Shown piece by piece: positions 27,727 to 38,534 of a stretch of DNA of 64,000 bases (the first letter of the stretch is position 1; each line of letters starts with the position of its first letter). The stretch is taken from positions 11,608 through 75,607 of the forward strand of contig MCFE01000435.1 in the NCBI GenBank assembly GCA_002104905.1, in the 5' to 3' direction. The notes below the pieces were generated by a model that saw only the letters and a program-made list of their open reading frames with translations, did no database searches and was not told where the DNA came from. A program made the position numbers and the translations under genes. This stretch comes from Basidiobolus meristosporus CBS 931.73. Lineage: Eukaryota; Fungi; Basidiobolomycota.

Positions 27727-29361
27727 ATGCATTTCTCTCTTAAGCTTCTTGCCAGCCTTGCTGCCGCAATCGTCGTCGCTGCCGACGGATCGGTGGCCTT
27801 GAAACCCACCGGTACCGACATAGTTTCGGAGAGCCCAGTGACCGCCGTTACGGAATTTCCCACCCTTGAACCCGGACCCGTTATCCCTACCTCCATCAGC
27901 CTCTCGACTTCCCTCATTACAGAATCCGAAAAGAGTACTTCTGAGAAAGAAACAGAAACCGAGAGCAAGAGTTCTACCGAAACTGACAAATCCACTGAAT
28001 CTAAGCCTACTGAGGTCAGCACCACTACTAGTGACAAGTCTACTGAGAGTCACAAGCCCACCGAGACCGTGAAGCCCACCACCAGTGTCGAATCTACTGA
28101 GAGCCACAAGCCCACCGAGACCGTGAAGCCCACCACCAGTGTCGAATCTACTGAGAGCCACAAGCCCACTGAAGCCGAGACCGACAAATCCACCGAATCT
28201 CACAAGCCTACTGAGACCGTCAAGCCCACCACCACTGAGAGTCATAAGCCAACCGATTCTGACAAGCACTCTTCCACTGATGCTACTGAGACCGATAAGT
28301 CTACCGAGTCTCACAAGCCTACCGAGACTGAGACCGATAAGTCCAGTGAATCTCACAAGCCCACTGTGACCGTGACCGACAAGTCCAGCGAATCTCACAA
28401 GCCCACCGACACCGTGACCGTGACCGACAAGTCCAGCGAATCTCACAAGCCTACCGAGACCGTGACTGACAAGTCCAGCGAATCTCACAAGCCTACTGAG
28501 ACTGTGACCGACAAGTCCAGTGAGTCTCATAAACCCACCACCACCGACAAGTCCACCGAAAGTCACAAGTCTACCGAGACCACTACTGACAAGTCTAGCG
28601 AATCTCACAAGCCTACTGAGACTGTGACCGACAAGTCCAGTGAATCTCACAAGCCTACCGAGACTGTGACCGACAAGTCCAGCGAATCTCATAAGCCTAC
28701 CGAGACCGTCAAGACTACCACCAGCGACAAGACCACTGAATCACACAAGCCTTCGGAAACTGTCAAGCCCGACACCACTCACAAGGTCACTGAGACCAAC
28801 GAGGTCACCACCACTGAGAAGGTCACCGTCACTGACCACATTACCCAGACCAAGGTGACCACCGCCACCAACCAGGTGACCGAAACCGTGAGCCCAGTCA
28901 CCACCGGTAAGGAAACCGAGACCCACTTGACCACCACCACCCACAAGGTCACCGATACTCACAAGGCCACCACCACCGAGAAGCACACCGAAACCCATCT
29001 GACCACCGCCACTCACAAGACCACCGAGACCCACATCACCACCGAGGCCCATGAAACTCACAAGCCTACTGTGAAGCCCACCAAGCCTCACAAGCCCACC
29101 GTCAAGCCCACCAAGACCCACAAGCCCACCGTCAAGCCCTGCGTCCCAGTGACCGTGACCGAAACCAAGACCGTGACCGTCACCGCGGGAGCCGAGCCCA
29201 CGCACGAGACCTCCTGCGTCAACGGCACCTACAAGTGCGTCCACGGCGGAAAATCCACCAAGTTCACCGTCTGCGCCAACGGCCGAGAGGTGACCCAATC
29301 CTGCGCACCCGGCACCGTGTGCAAACCATTCCAAGGGTCCATCATCTGTGACTGGGCCTAA
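27727..29361 (+). CDS. Secreted Thr/Ser-rich repeat protein with C-terminal CBM19-like chitin-binding module
   Basis: Signal peptide MHFSLKLLASLAAAIVVAA, many TDKSSESHKPTET repeats, and a C-terminal Cys module CVNGTYKC...CANG...CAPGTVC...CDWA. Single exon, 544 aa. Confidence 0.8.
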   Translation: MHFSLKLLASLAAAIVVAADGSVALKPTGTDIVSESPVTAVTEFPTLEPGPVIPTSISLSTSLITESEKSTSEKETETESKSSTETDKSTESKPTEVSTTTSDKSTESHKPTETVKPTTSVESTESHKPTETVKPTTSVESTESHKPTEAETDKSTESHKPTETVKPTTTESHKPTDSDKHSSTDATETDKSTESHKPTETETDKSSESHKPTVTVTDKSSESHKPTDTVTVTDKSSESHKPTETVTDKSSESHKPTETVTDKSSESHKPTTTDKSTESHKSTETTTDKSSESHKPTETVTDKSSESHKPTETVTDKSSESHKPTETVKTTTSDKTTESHKPSETVKPDTTHKVTETNEVTTTEKVTVTDHITQTKVTTATNQVTETVSPVTTGKETETHLTTTTHKVTDTHKATTTEKHTETHLTTATHKTTETHITTEAHETHKPTVKPTKPHKPTVKPTKTHKPTVKPCVPVTVTETKTVTVTAGAEPTHETSCVNGTYKCVHGGKSTKFTVCANGREVTQSCAPGTVCKPFQGSIICDWA

Positions 29362-30387
29362 ATGGGAGGTCTGGACTTTCCTGTAACATAGAACACGTTT
29401 GACACCGCACTCCCACCCCCTGCTTGAAACTGGTTTTGATCTGTACCCCATGTTTGCCTTCACCCTTCCCTTGAATGTGAATCCTCAGTGAGAACAATAA
29501 ATGCATCGCATGAAATCCCGTCTCGTTGCGCACCGATCTCCCAAGTGGAAAAGGCTTATCTGTCCCCTCCTAGCCAGGCTTTTCCATGTATAGACAGCCA
29601 CGCCATCAATCCACCTGAACGTGTGATCAAATTGCCGAAGTTTCTACGTAGGAGGGGGGGGGCAGATCTTGGGGAAATCTATCAGCCTCCGATCCAAACC
29701 AATCCGATCGGCCCAGTTCCTGAGATCCCGGAGAGGGAATCTCTAGCATGTGTTTAGTGGAGACTTGATTGGGGATGGAGTTCCCACCTTTTCGAGACCA
29801 TAGTCACCGCCACCACCGTTTAGTACCGATGAGCCGATTAATCGTTGGGGGGGGGTCGGCCGAGGGTATTTTTAGAAATCCCGAGAATGGAACCTACAGC
29901 GGAGAGGTTGTCTGGCGATGGAAGTTCCAGCCTGGAAATTCAACCACCATGCTGAATCCAAGAGCCAAACATCATCCATATCCATGTGATTTGGGACGAA
30001 ACATCAATGAAATCTCGTAAGTGATCGAGATCCACTCAATTCCAGACTCCGGGTTGACGCCAATTATCCGGCACCATCCCTGCCCTTCCAATTATGCCCA
30101 CACACGATGGATTTACTCTCGTGGAGATTAGATTGGAACCGATGGAACCGGAATTCCTATTCGGGTTTAACTTTGTTCACTGCTACTGGGGGGGTGTGTG
30201 GATAGAAGTGGTCGGGACAGCCAATATATTGTTACACACGCGTATGTACTATGTTGTTGTGTTGGTTGTGATTTCATGTTGGGGCTTTGCTTGAGCTCGA
30301 TATGATACTCTTGTCGAGTTACTGAAAACGTAGACCCTATCATCTGTCTTCGTCTTCCCATCAGGTTCGGCCCGTCGAGGTGCCGCA

Positions 30388-32081
30388 AAAAAGAGAGATT
30401 CGGGATTTCAACTCAACTTGACAAACCTGTCCTGCGTTTTGGACATTCCCTCGCCACTTCCAGGTCTTGATCCTGCGGAACCTTGGGCTTGCTTTCCGGC
30501 ACTTTTACTTGTAACTGTTTGTTTCTTATGATGATTTGAATGGTGGAACTCGTCAGGTACGGGAAACATTGGTACCACTGTTGTCAATGTAATTGGACTT
30601 GTGGGTAATGTCACTACTGTACAAGACATGCCAAACCAAAGTTGATGGGATACTTGGTCCCTGAGATTAATAGGTATACAATATGGCGTTGGCCCATAGG
30701 CACACTTTGAACTAGTAACCGGAAGGATGTAGGCTATCAACTCTACTTTGGCAAATGGCCTTGGAAAGTGCAACTGGGCACTACCTATAATATGCAGTTG
30801 GTAAGGAAGCTACATCAAGCACAATTGATATGGTAGAGACACAACACATATAATCAAGTAGTGTATAATGAGATGAAACATACCAACTGAAACTTTACAA
30901 GAAATCAGTGCTAATGCGCCATACACAAGAGTCTTTTATGCTTCCTGAGCCTGCTAAAAAGTAACTCTTATCAAGTGCTGTCAAGTTCAGATCCAAAAGC
31001 CAAAATTTGACCGTGTTGAAAGCCAAATTCTTCGAAATCCATGACTACACTTGTTTGGTAGGGGAAGCGATATACAGGGAGGCATCAAGTAATGCATCCT
31101 GTAGATTTGGTATTTACACCTCAACATTCGCACTCGCTCAGTCACTTGGATCTTGGCCCATGAGCTGTTCTCTTTGTCAGGAGCTACCTGGAGTATTTTC
31201 ACCAAAATGACAGGTGCCCGGAACTTGAAAATTCGGTCGGTCGTCCGAAAACCCACAAGCTTTACACCCATGCGATTGGGCCCTTCCTCATAACCTGCAG
31301 TTCGGGTATTAGAATATTGTATACGTTGCCGCTCAACACTAATGAAACCTTTCACCGGGAATTCTTGGTTCCATATCACGTGACCACCGAAACTTCTTGA
31401 TGGACCCCGTAAGAATGCCACATCGTGATCAGCAAAAGTCCAACCTGGATCAAACCTCCAACATTCAAGGATGAGGATTTGCAGTCACACCCCGACACAA
31501 AACCACGTGCGACATATAGGCAATGGGTATGAAGCCTACCAAGTCGCTTACTGGAAGGCGCGGATCAATACAAAATTTGGGACCGTACCCGGGGGCGCAA
31601 CCCTACACAAAGGCCGTACTGAAAAGCGTTGAATTCCATAAACCCCCAAGAAACATCGAGATTTACGAAACGGTGTTGGGATCACTTGGATCCACCGATT
31701 ACTCATTGTCCATACCATGTGAGAGAACCAGTGACTGGGTTTGGAATGTTGCATAGATAGGTAAGAGTGTGCATAGGTTAACACATCTCATGGTGTGCCA
31801 TCCTCCAATATGACCCCCAACCCTGGTGTCTTTGATATTCGACAGTGAATCCAAAGTATTCCCGTTGGGAATTCCTTCGATGACCCCTGGAGCTCATATG
31901 ATAGCCACAGTATGGTAGAGCGTCTAGAAATGATTTGGAGAGGCAAGCATTCCACTTTCACGTCCACTTCAACTTCCTTGAAATCAGCCTCGTGTGGATA
32001 AGTCTCTGGCGCATCTACATAACAGGGGTAGATCATGTTGAGGCCAAATTCTAGGGATCTTTCCAGCCTTTGTAGTTTCAA
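30388..32081 (-). other. Possible unrecognised spliced gene or pseudogene
   Basis: CpG-normal, non-repetitive DNA with successive minus-strand ORFs (31788..32081, 31548..31784, 30987..31421, 30408..30773). No family motif recognised. Confidence 0.2.
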
Positions 32082-32801
32082 TCCCCTTCAATCTGCAACA
32101 CAAACCACAGGCCGGATGATCTATCTATTTCGATGGCATGTCTAGCCCATGGGGTTGGAAGCTCTTCTTGGATATCAGCCCTGTAGTATCTCGGGGAGGG
32201 GGCAACATTCAAGAGGATTTAATCCCCTCTCCCAGAACCTCCATACACTACACCCCACTCACCGTTATCGTCCGATCCAGTCACGCATCTTGGGGGATGT
32301 GAGCAGTTCCAGGTGTGCGCACGCACCAATCGTCTGTTTGATGGGTGTCAATGCGTACACCTGGGAGTAGGGTAAATATCGAGGAAGTATAGGAGTTGTG
32401 AGATCAACCGTTCCCTCATATAAGCGGCCGAGAGAGAGATCATTCGGGGCATAACCCGCACCAGCAATTGATGAAACCGAGGTCTGATGAGGTTGCAGTG
32501 TTACAGGATCGTCAACAGCACCACCACCATAAGCATAGATTCCTGGAGAAACGCTCCAATGGGATCCAGGAGCTGAGCGAAGTATACCTGCACCTCGAAC
32601 CGCTGGCCATGTTGCTCGCTCACTCCCGTTGGCACTAGGTGGAGAATATCGGCAATGGAAGTCGATTCGAGGAACGGTTGACGGGTGTCATGCTTGTTCA
32701 GCCATTGGAAAGGATTCGGAGAGTGCTAGGTTGCTGAGATATAAATATATGGAACTCGTCATTCCCCTTAATTTCGCACTGATCCATTCCCACTTTGAAG
32801 C

Positions 32802-33734
32802 ATGAGAGCCGATATAGTAGTAGACATTGAGACCGAGAAGACCACCCAGAACTACCGTCTGGACACGGAGGACCCAGTCTTCGTGTTAACTCCTGTCCAG
32901 GTTCGTATCCGAAGCTTCGCCATGGGGCTTCGGTACAGATATCGCGAATACACCGCCGAGTTCGCTAGCATGGTCATCCTGATGGTGCTTGGTTTGGGGG
33001 TGATCCACACTTCCATCCTGTACCCGCACCAGCAGAACTTCTTTGGGATCAATTGGGGCTGGGGACTGGCCTTGACTATGGCGATCTATTCCAACGCCGG
33101 GATGTCCGGGGCTCACCTGAACCCGGCAGTCACCCTGGCCCTTGCCATCTCTCGAGGGTTCCCCTGGGCCAAAGTCCCGGGCTACATCTTCACCCAAACC
33201 CTTGGGGCGTTCTGTGCAGCTGGGATAGTGTACGGCGTCTACCATCGATCCCTGGACACGTTCGACGGCGGAATCCGTCAGGTGACTGGGGAGAAAGGGA
33301 CGGCCGGACTCTATGCAGGCTACCCCCAGCCGTACCTCAGCAATGGCAACGCATTTCTCGTCGAGTTTCTTCTCACCTGCATCATGATGTTCATCGTCCT
33401 GGCCATTGGAGACCGCCGGAATGCCACCCATTCGGCCATCATCCCACTGGCGATAGGGCTGATGTTAGTATGCATCGGAGTCACCATTGGCGGGCTCAAT
33501 GGCTATTCCCTTAACCCGGCACGCGACATGGGCCCTCGGTTGTTCCTGCTGATCGCCGGGTGGGGGACAGAGGCCTTCAGCGCATTCCATTATTACTTCT
33601 GGATACCTATGGTGGCACCCACACTAGGCGCCATAGTCGGGGCCATTCTCTTCGACTTCATCCACCTGGTAGATTCACCGGACCAGGAGTCCAGGGGAGA
33701 AAGCGACACAATGATTCAAAGACATCGTAGATGA
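32802..33734 (+). CDS. Aquaglyceroporin (MIP family), copy 1
   Basis: Two NPA boxes (HLNPAVT, SLNPARD). The ARD motif and hydrophobic helices indicate the GlpF/AQP3-like subfamily. Intronless, 310 aa. Confidence 0.95.
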   Translation: MRADIVVDIETEKTTQNYRLDTEDPVFVLTPVQVRIRSFAMGLRYRYREYTAEFASMVILMVLGLGVIHTSILYPHQQNFFGINWGWGLALTMAIYSNAGMSGAHLNPAVTLALAISRGFPWAKVPGYIFTQTLGAFCAAGIVYGVYHRSLDTFDGGIRQVTGEKGTAGLYAGYPQPYLSNGNAFLVEFLLTCIMMFIVLAIGDRRNATHSAIIPLAIGLMLVCIGVTIGGLNGYSLNPARDMGPRLFLLIAGWGTEAFSAFHYYFWIPMVAPTLGAIVGAILFDFIHLVDSPDQESRGESDTMIQRHRR

Positions 33735-34412
33735 CATCCACGCATGAAACACCGGGTGTCGCCATGTGATTTTCCACCTCAAATCGATCAGACAATTTTG
33801 TGTTCAATAAAAAACGTGTACTCCAAACGAATGGCCACCAATAACCAATTGACAAGGCCGACTGCGTAACGTAGTTCCGGTTAGGAATCTGAATTTAATG
33901 TAAACCTTGGCCTGCAGGATCCATTGAACACCATCCGTCGCGCATATCATTCCGAAATCTTCTTCTGGCCAACTATTCATTCGATTCTACGATGTTCTGT
34001 CGAGACATCGATTCCGTATCTCAGTTCATGAAATCTACAAGCCCGCTGTAGCCACCACCAGAATGCTCGTAAACCTCGATCTTGCCAGTCTGAGTTGGTA
34101 AACAAGCCGAATCCAATGTCCCAACAAAAATGGGGACTTGACGATCTAGTCAATGGTGCTTATTGAAAAATGGCCAATATGACCTTTGGGATTACTCATG
34201 GGTGGCCAGATTCCTACTCGAGCCCAAACCTGGAGCAGCCAGGAATCCATAAAAAGGCTGCTACATCCCATATCCTGTATCCAGCGCCAGATAGGCACTG
34301 GGACCCAGTGTTTGAGGGTTGGCTAACCATCAAACCTTATTTCAATCAGCCAAGAGTATGGGTGATTTTCTGGAACCACACACCATCCACACCATTGGCT
34401 ACACTTACAACT

Positions 34413-34733
34413 CCCTAAGAAAGAAAATCAACAAAAGGCCGGCAGAATACCATCACACCATCAGCTGAATTCCAAGTTTCTCTAAGCTTACAACCCTCAA
34501 TATCTCAGGTACTAGCTGTTGGGCTGACAAGCAGACATATTTTCTAGGAGAAGACTAGGCTAAATGGCGTTCATACCAAATTTGGTAACAAGCCGACCAC
34601 TATTTACACAAAGAATTGCAACCGAAAATTTGTAGGAAAAACACCGGCTGAATGCCAGCAAAACACCATTAGAATACCGGCAGAAAACCAGCAGATTCTC
34701 AGACGAATTCCAAGTGTGGTATAACTCATAGGG
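34413..34733. mobile_element. MITE-C (321 bp, CCCTAAGA...TCATAGGG termini)
   Basis: Inverted ends resemble the CACTA-like TIR. Homologs at 26266 and 55943. Lies between the two aquaglyceroporins. Confidence 0.65.
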
Positions 34734-35919
34734 AGTTCGAATGAATTCGGTTGTTCTTGTGAGATCCACAAAGCAAGCAAGCAAGGTGCTTTCACTCGGT
34801 CAGTCAACAAGGGGCCCTTACTATGACCAACCGCTCTCACATGGTTTTCGCTGGTTGGTTGGTCTGGTAGGATACATGAACTCTTCCCTGTAGCAAAGCT
34901 TTCCAGAGGAGAGGGTGGAGGCACGACAGGGAAGGTCGTGGAAAGAAAGACGCCTATATGGGGATGGGAAATTTCGGGGCATCACCATGGATGCTATGTG
35001 AACTCCAGTGCATAGGCCTTCTACTGGAACCCGGCGATCCCACGGGCTTCGGCCTCCAATCCCCAAAACTCCCCACTTCATGCACGGCCCGGGAGATCGC
35101 GATGCCATACAACCCGGATACTGACTTGAAGCGGGGAGATATGCGCCCGGCCAATCACTGGCCATACACCGAGTCGTTCCCCTCACGATTTTCTCGTCTG
35201 GGGTTGGCAATCAACCTGAGCCTGGACGCCGATCCTGTAACTTCTCTCACGAGGACTCTTGGGAGCGTTGGGATGGTACAGGGAGGTGTAACCGCCAGCC
35301 AAAAACCAAAAGGTTCCCGGGGATACATGGCGGTGGACGGAGTCGGCCGAACTTAGGGCGGGAGCGATCGTAAATGTATAGGAAGCGACGGAGTTGTGGG
35401 TAAGATCCTCTGCCGGATAAGGGCTCAAGAAAGCGGGCAATCAGAGCATCTCCTGGAAGGACAAATGACCATTGGTAAATGGAACGTAGGCCTGGTGAGG
35501 TTGCAGAGGGATAGAATCTCGATTGATAGATTTATATACAAGGCCGCTCTGCGGAGGCCTAGTGGACAACGCCAACACTTTAGGCACCGATTTCTGGGGG
35601 ATTACTTCACCATGATTCAGTCGCCAAGCGAAGCACACCTGCACCCCGTACCACTGGCCGCGTCGTTCGATCAGCCCCGTCGGCAGTAGGTGGAGAATAT
35701 CGGCGATGTAAGGCCGATTCGAGGAATGGTTGGTGCGTGACATGTCGACGGAGCTCGACCATTGGAAAGGATCCAACGAAAGGCACGGATTGATATGTGA
35801 AGAGGCCAGTGGTTTCAGATCCGAGTGTGTGGGAGGTGAGTTGTTTCGAGAGATGACGAGAGATAAATATGTGCGGTCTATCAGCCTGAATTTACTCTAA
35901 TCCCTTCTCACCTGTAAGC

Positions 35920-36816
35920 ATGGGAGCCGATATAGCAGTAGACATTGAGACGGCAAAGACTACCAAGAACTACCGTCTGGACACGGAGGACCCGGTCTTC
36001 GTGCTAACCCCGGTTCAGATTCGCATTAGAAGCTTCGCCATGGGGCTTCGGTACAGGTATCGCGAATACACCGCCGAGTTCGCTAGCATGGTCATCCTGA
36101 TGGTGCTTGGTCTAGGGGTGAGCCACACCTCCACACTATACCCGCACCAGCAGAACTTCTTTGGGATCAATTGGGGCTGGGGACTGGCCTTGACTATGGC
36201 GATCTATTCCAACGCCGGGATGTCCGGGGCTCACCTGAACCCGGCAGTCACCCTGGCCCTTGCCATCTCTCGAGGGTTCCCCTGGGCCAAAGTCCCGGGC
36301 TACATCTTCACCCAAACCCTTGGGGCGTTCTGTGCAGCTGGGATAGTGTACGGCGTCTACCATCAATCCCTGGACACGTTCGACGGCGGAATCCGTCAGG
36401 TGACTGGGGAGAAAGGGACGGCCGGACTCTATGCAGGCTACCCCCAGCCGTACCTCAGCAATGGCAACGCATTTCTCGTCGAGTTCCTTCTCACCTGCAT
36501 CATGATGTTCATCGTCCTGGCCATTGGAGACCACCGGAATGCCACCCATTCGGCCATCATCCCACTGGCGATAGGGCTGATGTTAGTATGCATCGGAGTC
36601 ACCATTGGCGGGCTCAATGGCTATTCCCTTAACCCGGCACGCGACATGGGCCCTCGATTGTTCCTGCTGATCGCCGGGTGGGGGACAGAGGCCTTCAGCG
36701 CATTCCATTATTACTTCTGGATACCTATGGTGGCACCCACACTAGGCGCCATAGTCGGGGCCATTCTCTTCGACTTCATCCACCTGGTAGATCCACCAGA
36801 CCAGGAATCCAGATGA
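35920..36816 (+). CDS. Aquaglyceroporin (MIP family), copy 2
   Basis: Near-identical paralog of 32802..33734, 298 aa, with a shorter C-terminus. Confidence 0.95.
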   Translation: MGADIAVDIETAKTTKNYRLDTEDPVFVLTPVQIRIRSFAMGLRYRYREYTAEFASMVILMVLGLGVSHTSTLYPHQQNFFGINWGWGLALTMAIYSNAGMSGAHLNPAVTLALAISRGFPWAKVPGYIFTQTLGAFCAAGIVYGVYHQSLDTFDGGIRQVTGEKGTAGLYAGYPQPYLSNGNAFLVEFLLTCIMMFIVLAIGDHRNATHSAIIPLAIGLMLVCIGVTIGGLNGYSLNPARDMGPRLFLLIAGWGTEAFSAFHYYFWIPMVAPTLGAIVGAILFDFIHLVDPPDQESR

Positions 36817-37141
36817 TCCCACCCCTCCCCTTGTTATATAGCAATACGATCTCCTCCCATACCAATCACTTGATCCAGACATCACAAATGGCAGCAACGC
36901 ATGAAACACTGGGGCGATACTCCACCTCAGATCAATTGGACAATTTTGTATTCAATAAATAACGTGTATCCCAAACGACTGGCAACCAACCGTTTGGAAG
37001 GACGACAGACTGCAAAGGAGGGGCGAGCGATTGATTGGAGAGAGGACGAGGTGGTGTGGCTCTAGTCGAGAGGGGATATGCTAGTTTATTCACGGAAGGG
37101 GGTAACATGGATGTACAGGTGGTGGGGAAAGTGGCCAGAAA

Positions 37142-38073
37142 TCAGGGAACAATCACGTCGTCTACTTCAAACACGTCTCTCAAACCCATCTCCTTTAGCA
37201 GGCTGATGGCCAACTGCAGCTGCTGCGAGGTAGGCTTGTAATGGCCGCTGCTTCTACTGATCCATTTCAAGTGGCCCTTCTGAACAATGACCATCCCAGC
37301 AGCACGGACCCTTCCACCGGCCAAGAAGGTGGAGTGGTGGAAGTAGCCGGGAAATTTCCGGGCCATATAGAACCGATTTTCCTGGTCGACCACGAAGATT
37401 CCCTCCATCCCCTTGACGAAGAGTTTAGGCAGATGCACCAGTTGTCCGGAGGCAACGTAGACCAGTCGTCCCTTGTGGTCGCAGGTGATCTGATACTGCA
37501 TACGCTCCTCGGCTTTTAGAAACCTCACCCGACTAAGCTTCCCCTTCAGTCGGATGGCCCAGAGCCCCGGCAGCCCCCGGTACCCTTTGCTCTTGTCTAA
37601 CCAAGTGAAGAAGTCATCGTCGGTCTTACTACGCACCCATTCCTTGTGAAATAGGTGGAGTACTCCACCCCAGCGGTGATTTTTGTCCAACGCTTCGAGC
37701 CAGTAGCTTTCGCATAACGGGGATGTGGAGTTGTTACCGTCGACCTGGATTGAGGAGAGAAGGGGACGCTGTTAAGCCAGAGAAGTCTTACCAACCGAAA
37801 GAAACGCGAGGGGGGAGGTTAGCATACCTTCCAGATTAACTCCATGGTTTTCAACACCTTTCCGAACCGGGGAGAGAAGTAACCATTTAGAACACTCTCA
37901 CGAACCCTTCCCCACCGCTCCAGCGTAGCAGCGGAAGTGACCACGGTCGGCTGGTTGTTCGTGGGGAGTATCTCATTCTCGACGTATTCCCGGTCGGTGA
38001 TATCAATGGATTTCGCCCTGGGCCTTTGAAAAGACCTCTTGCGGATGTTCAGGTTGGGAAGTGACCAGTTCAT
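37142..38073 (-). CDS. IQM-like (plant IQM / fungal IQ calmodulin-binding family) protein
   Basis: YWLEALDKNHRWG...FFTWLD...FHHSTFLAGG...AAG...SGHYKPT. In-frame GTATGC..TTAACAG intron at 37769-37827; ATG at 38073. Confidence 0.75.
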
Positions 38074-38534
38074 GACAAGTAGCGACGGGGTCGAAGGGGT
38101 TGCGGGAAATCGGGAATGTGGGAGCAGGGATCAAAATTATTTATGGTGGACAGAGAGACCAATCCCCATGCATAGCAGTCCGGTGCCAAGCGAAACAAAA
38201 TAGAGTTGCTTCCAGTTACCGGATTTGGTGCGGATGGCGAACTTCAAGGACAAATCAATTTACAAACAAGCTGGGTGTACGACGTGCACATTTGAATCTC
38301 GGATTCTATTGATTTAGCCTATTGATATAGCCCACAGATACAGATTTCGATTTAGTTGGTTTGTACAGGATTGTTGGACATGCATTAGCGGACCAGGGGT
38401 TAGAGGGAAGGTGGAGGTGAAGGGGTGCGGGTGCGGGTGCGAGTGCGGGGCGGGTGAAGCACTAGGATAACTAGCATGTGGCCGTTGACTTCACTAGGTA
38501 GTACCGGTTATGAAGCGAGGATAGCGATGTGACA

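Noticed and set aside
27709-29463. Long minus-strand ORFs (327 aa and 240 aa)
   Set aside because: Antisense shadows of the repetitive, codon-biased CBM19 gene; G/L/V low-complexity with no independent features.
32886-36632. Alternative-frame and antisense ORFs over both aquaglyceroporins
   Set aside because: They are duplicated only because the host gene is; no motifs.
32802-36816. Bacterial horizontal transfer of the intronless aquaglyceroporins
   Set aside because: The FDGGIRQVTG...TAG..YP loop resembles eukaryotic AQP3/fungal types; lack of introns alone is insufficient.
38422-38456. (GGGTGC)n G-rich stretch
   Set aside because: Short simple repeat in an intergenic region; G-quadruplex potential only, with no supporting context.
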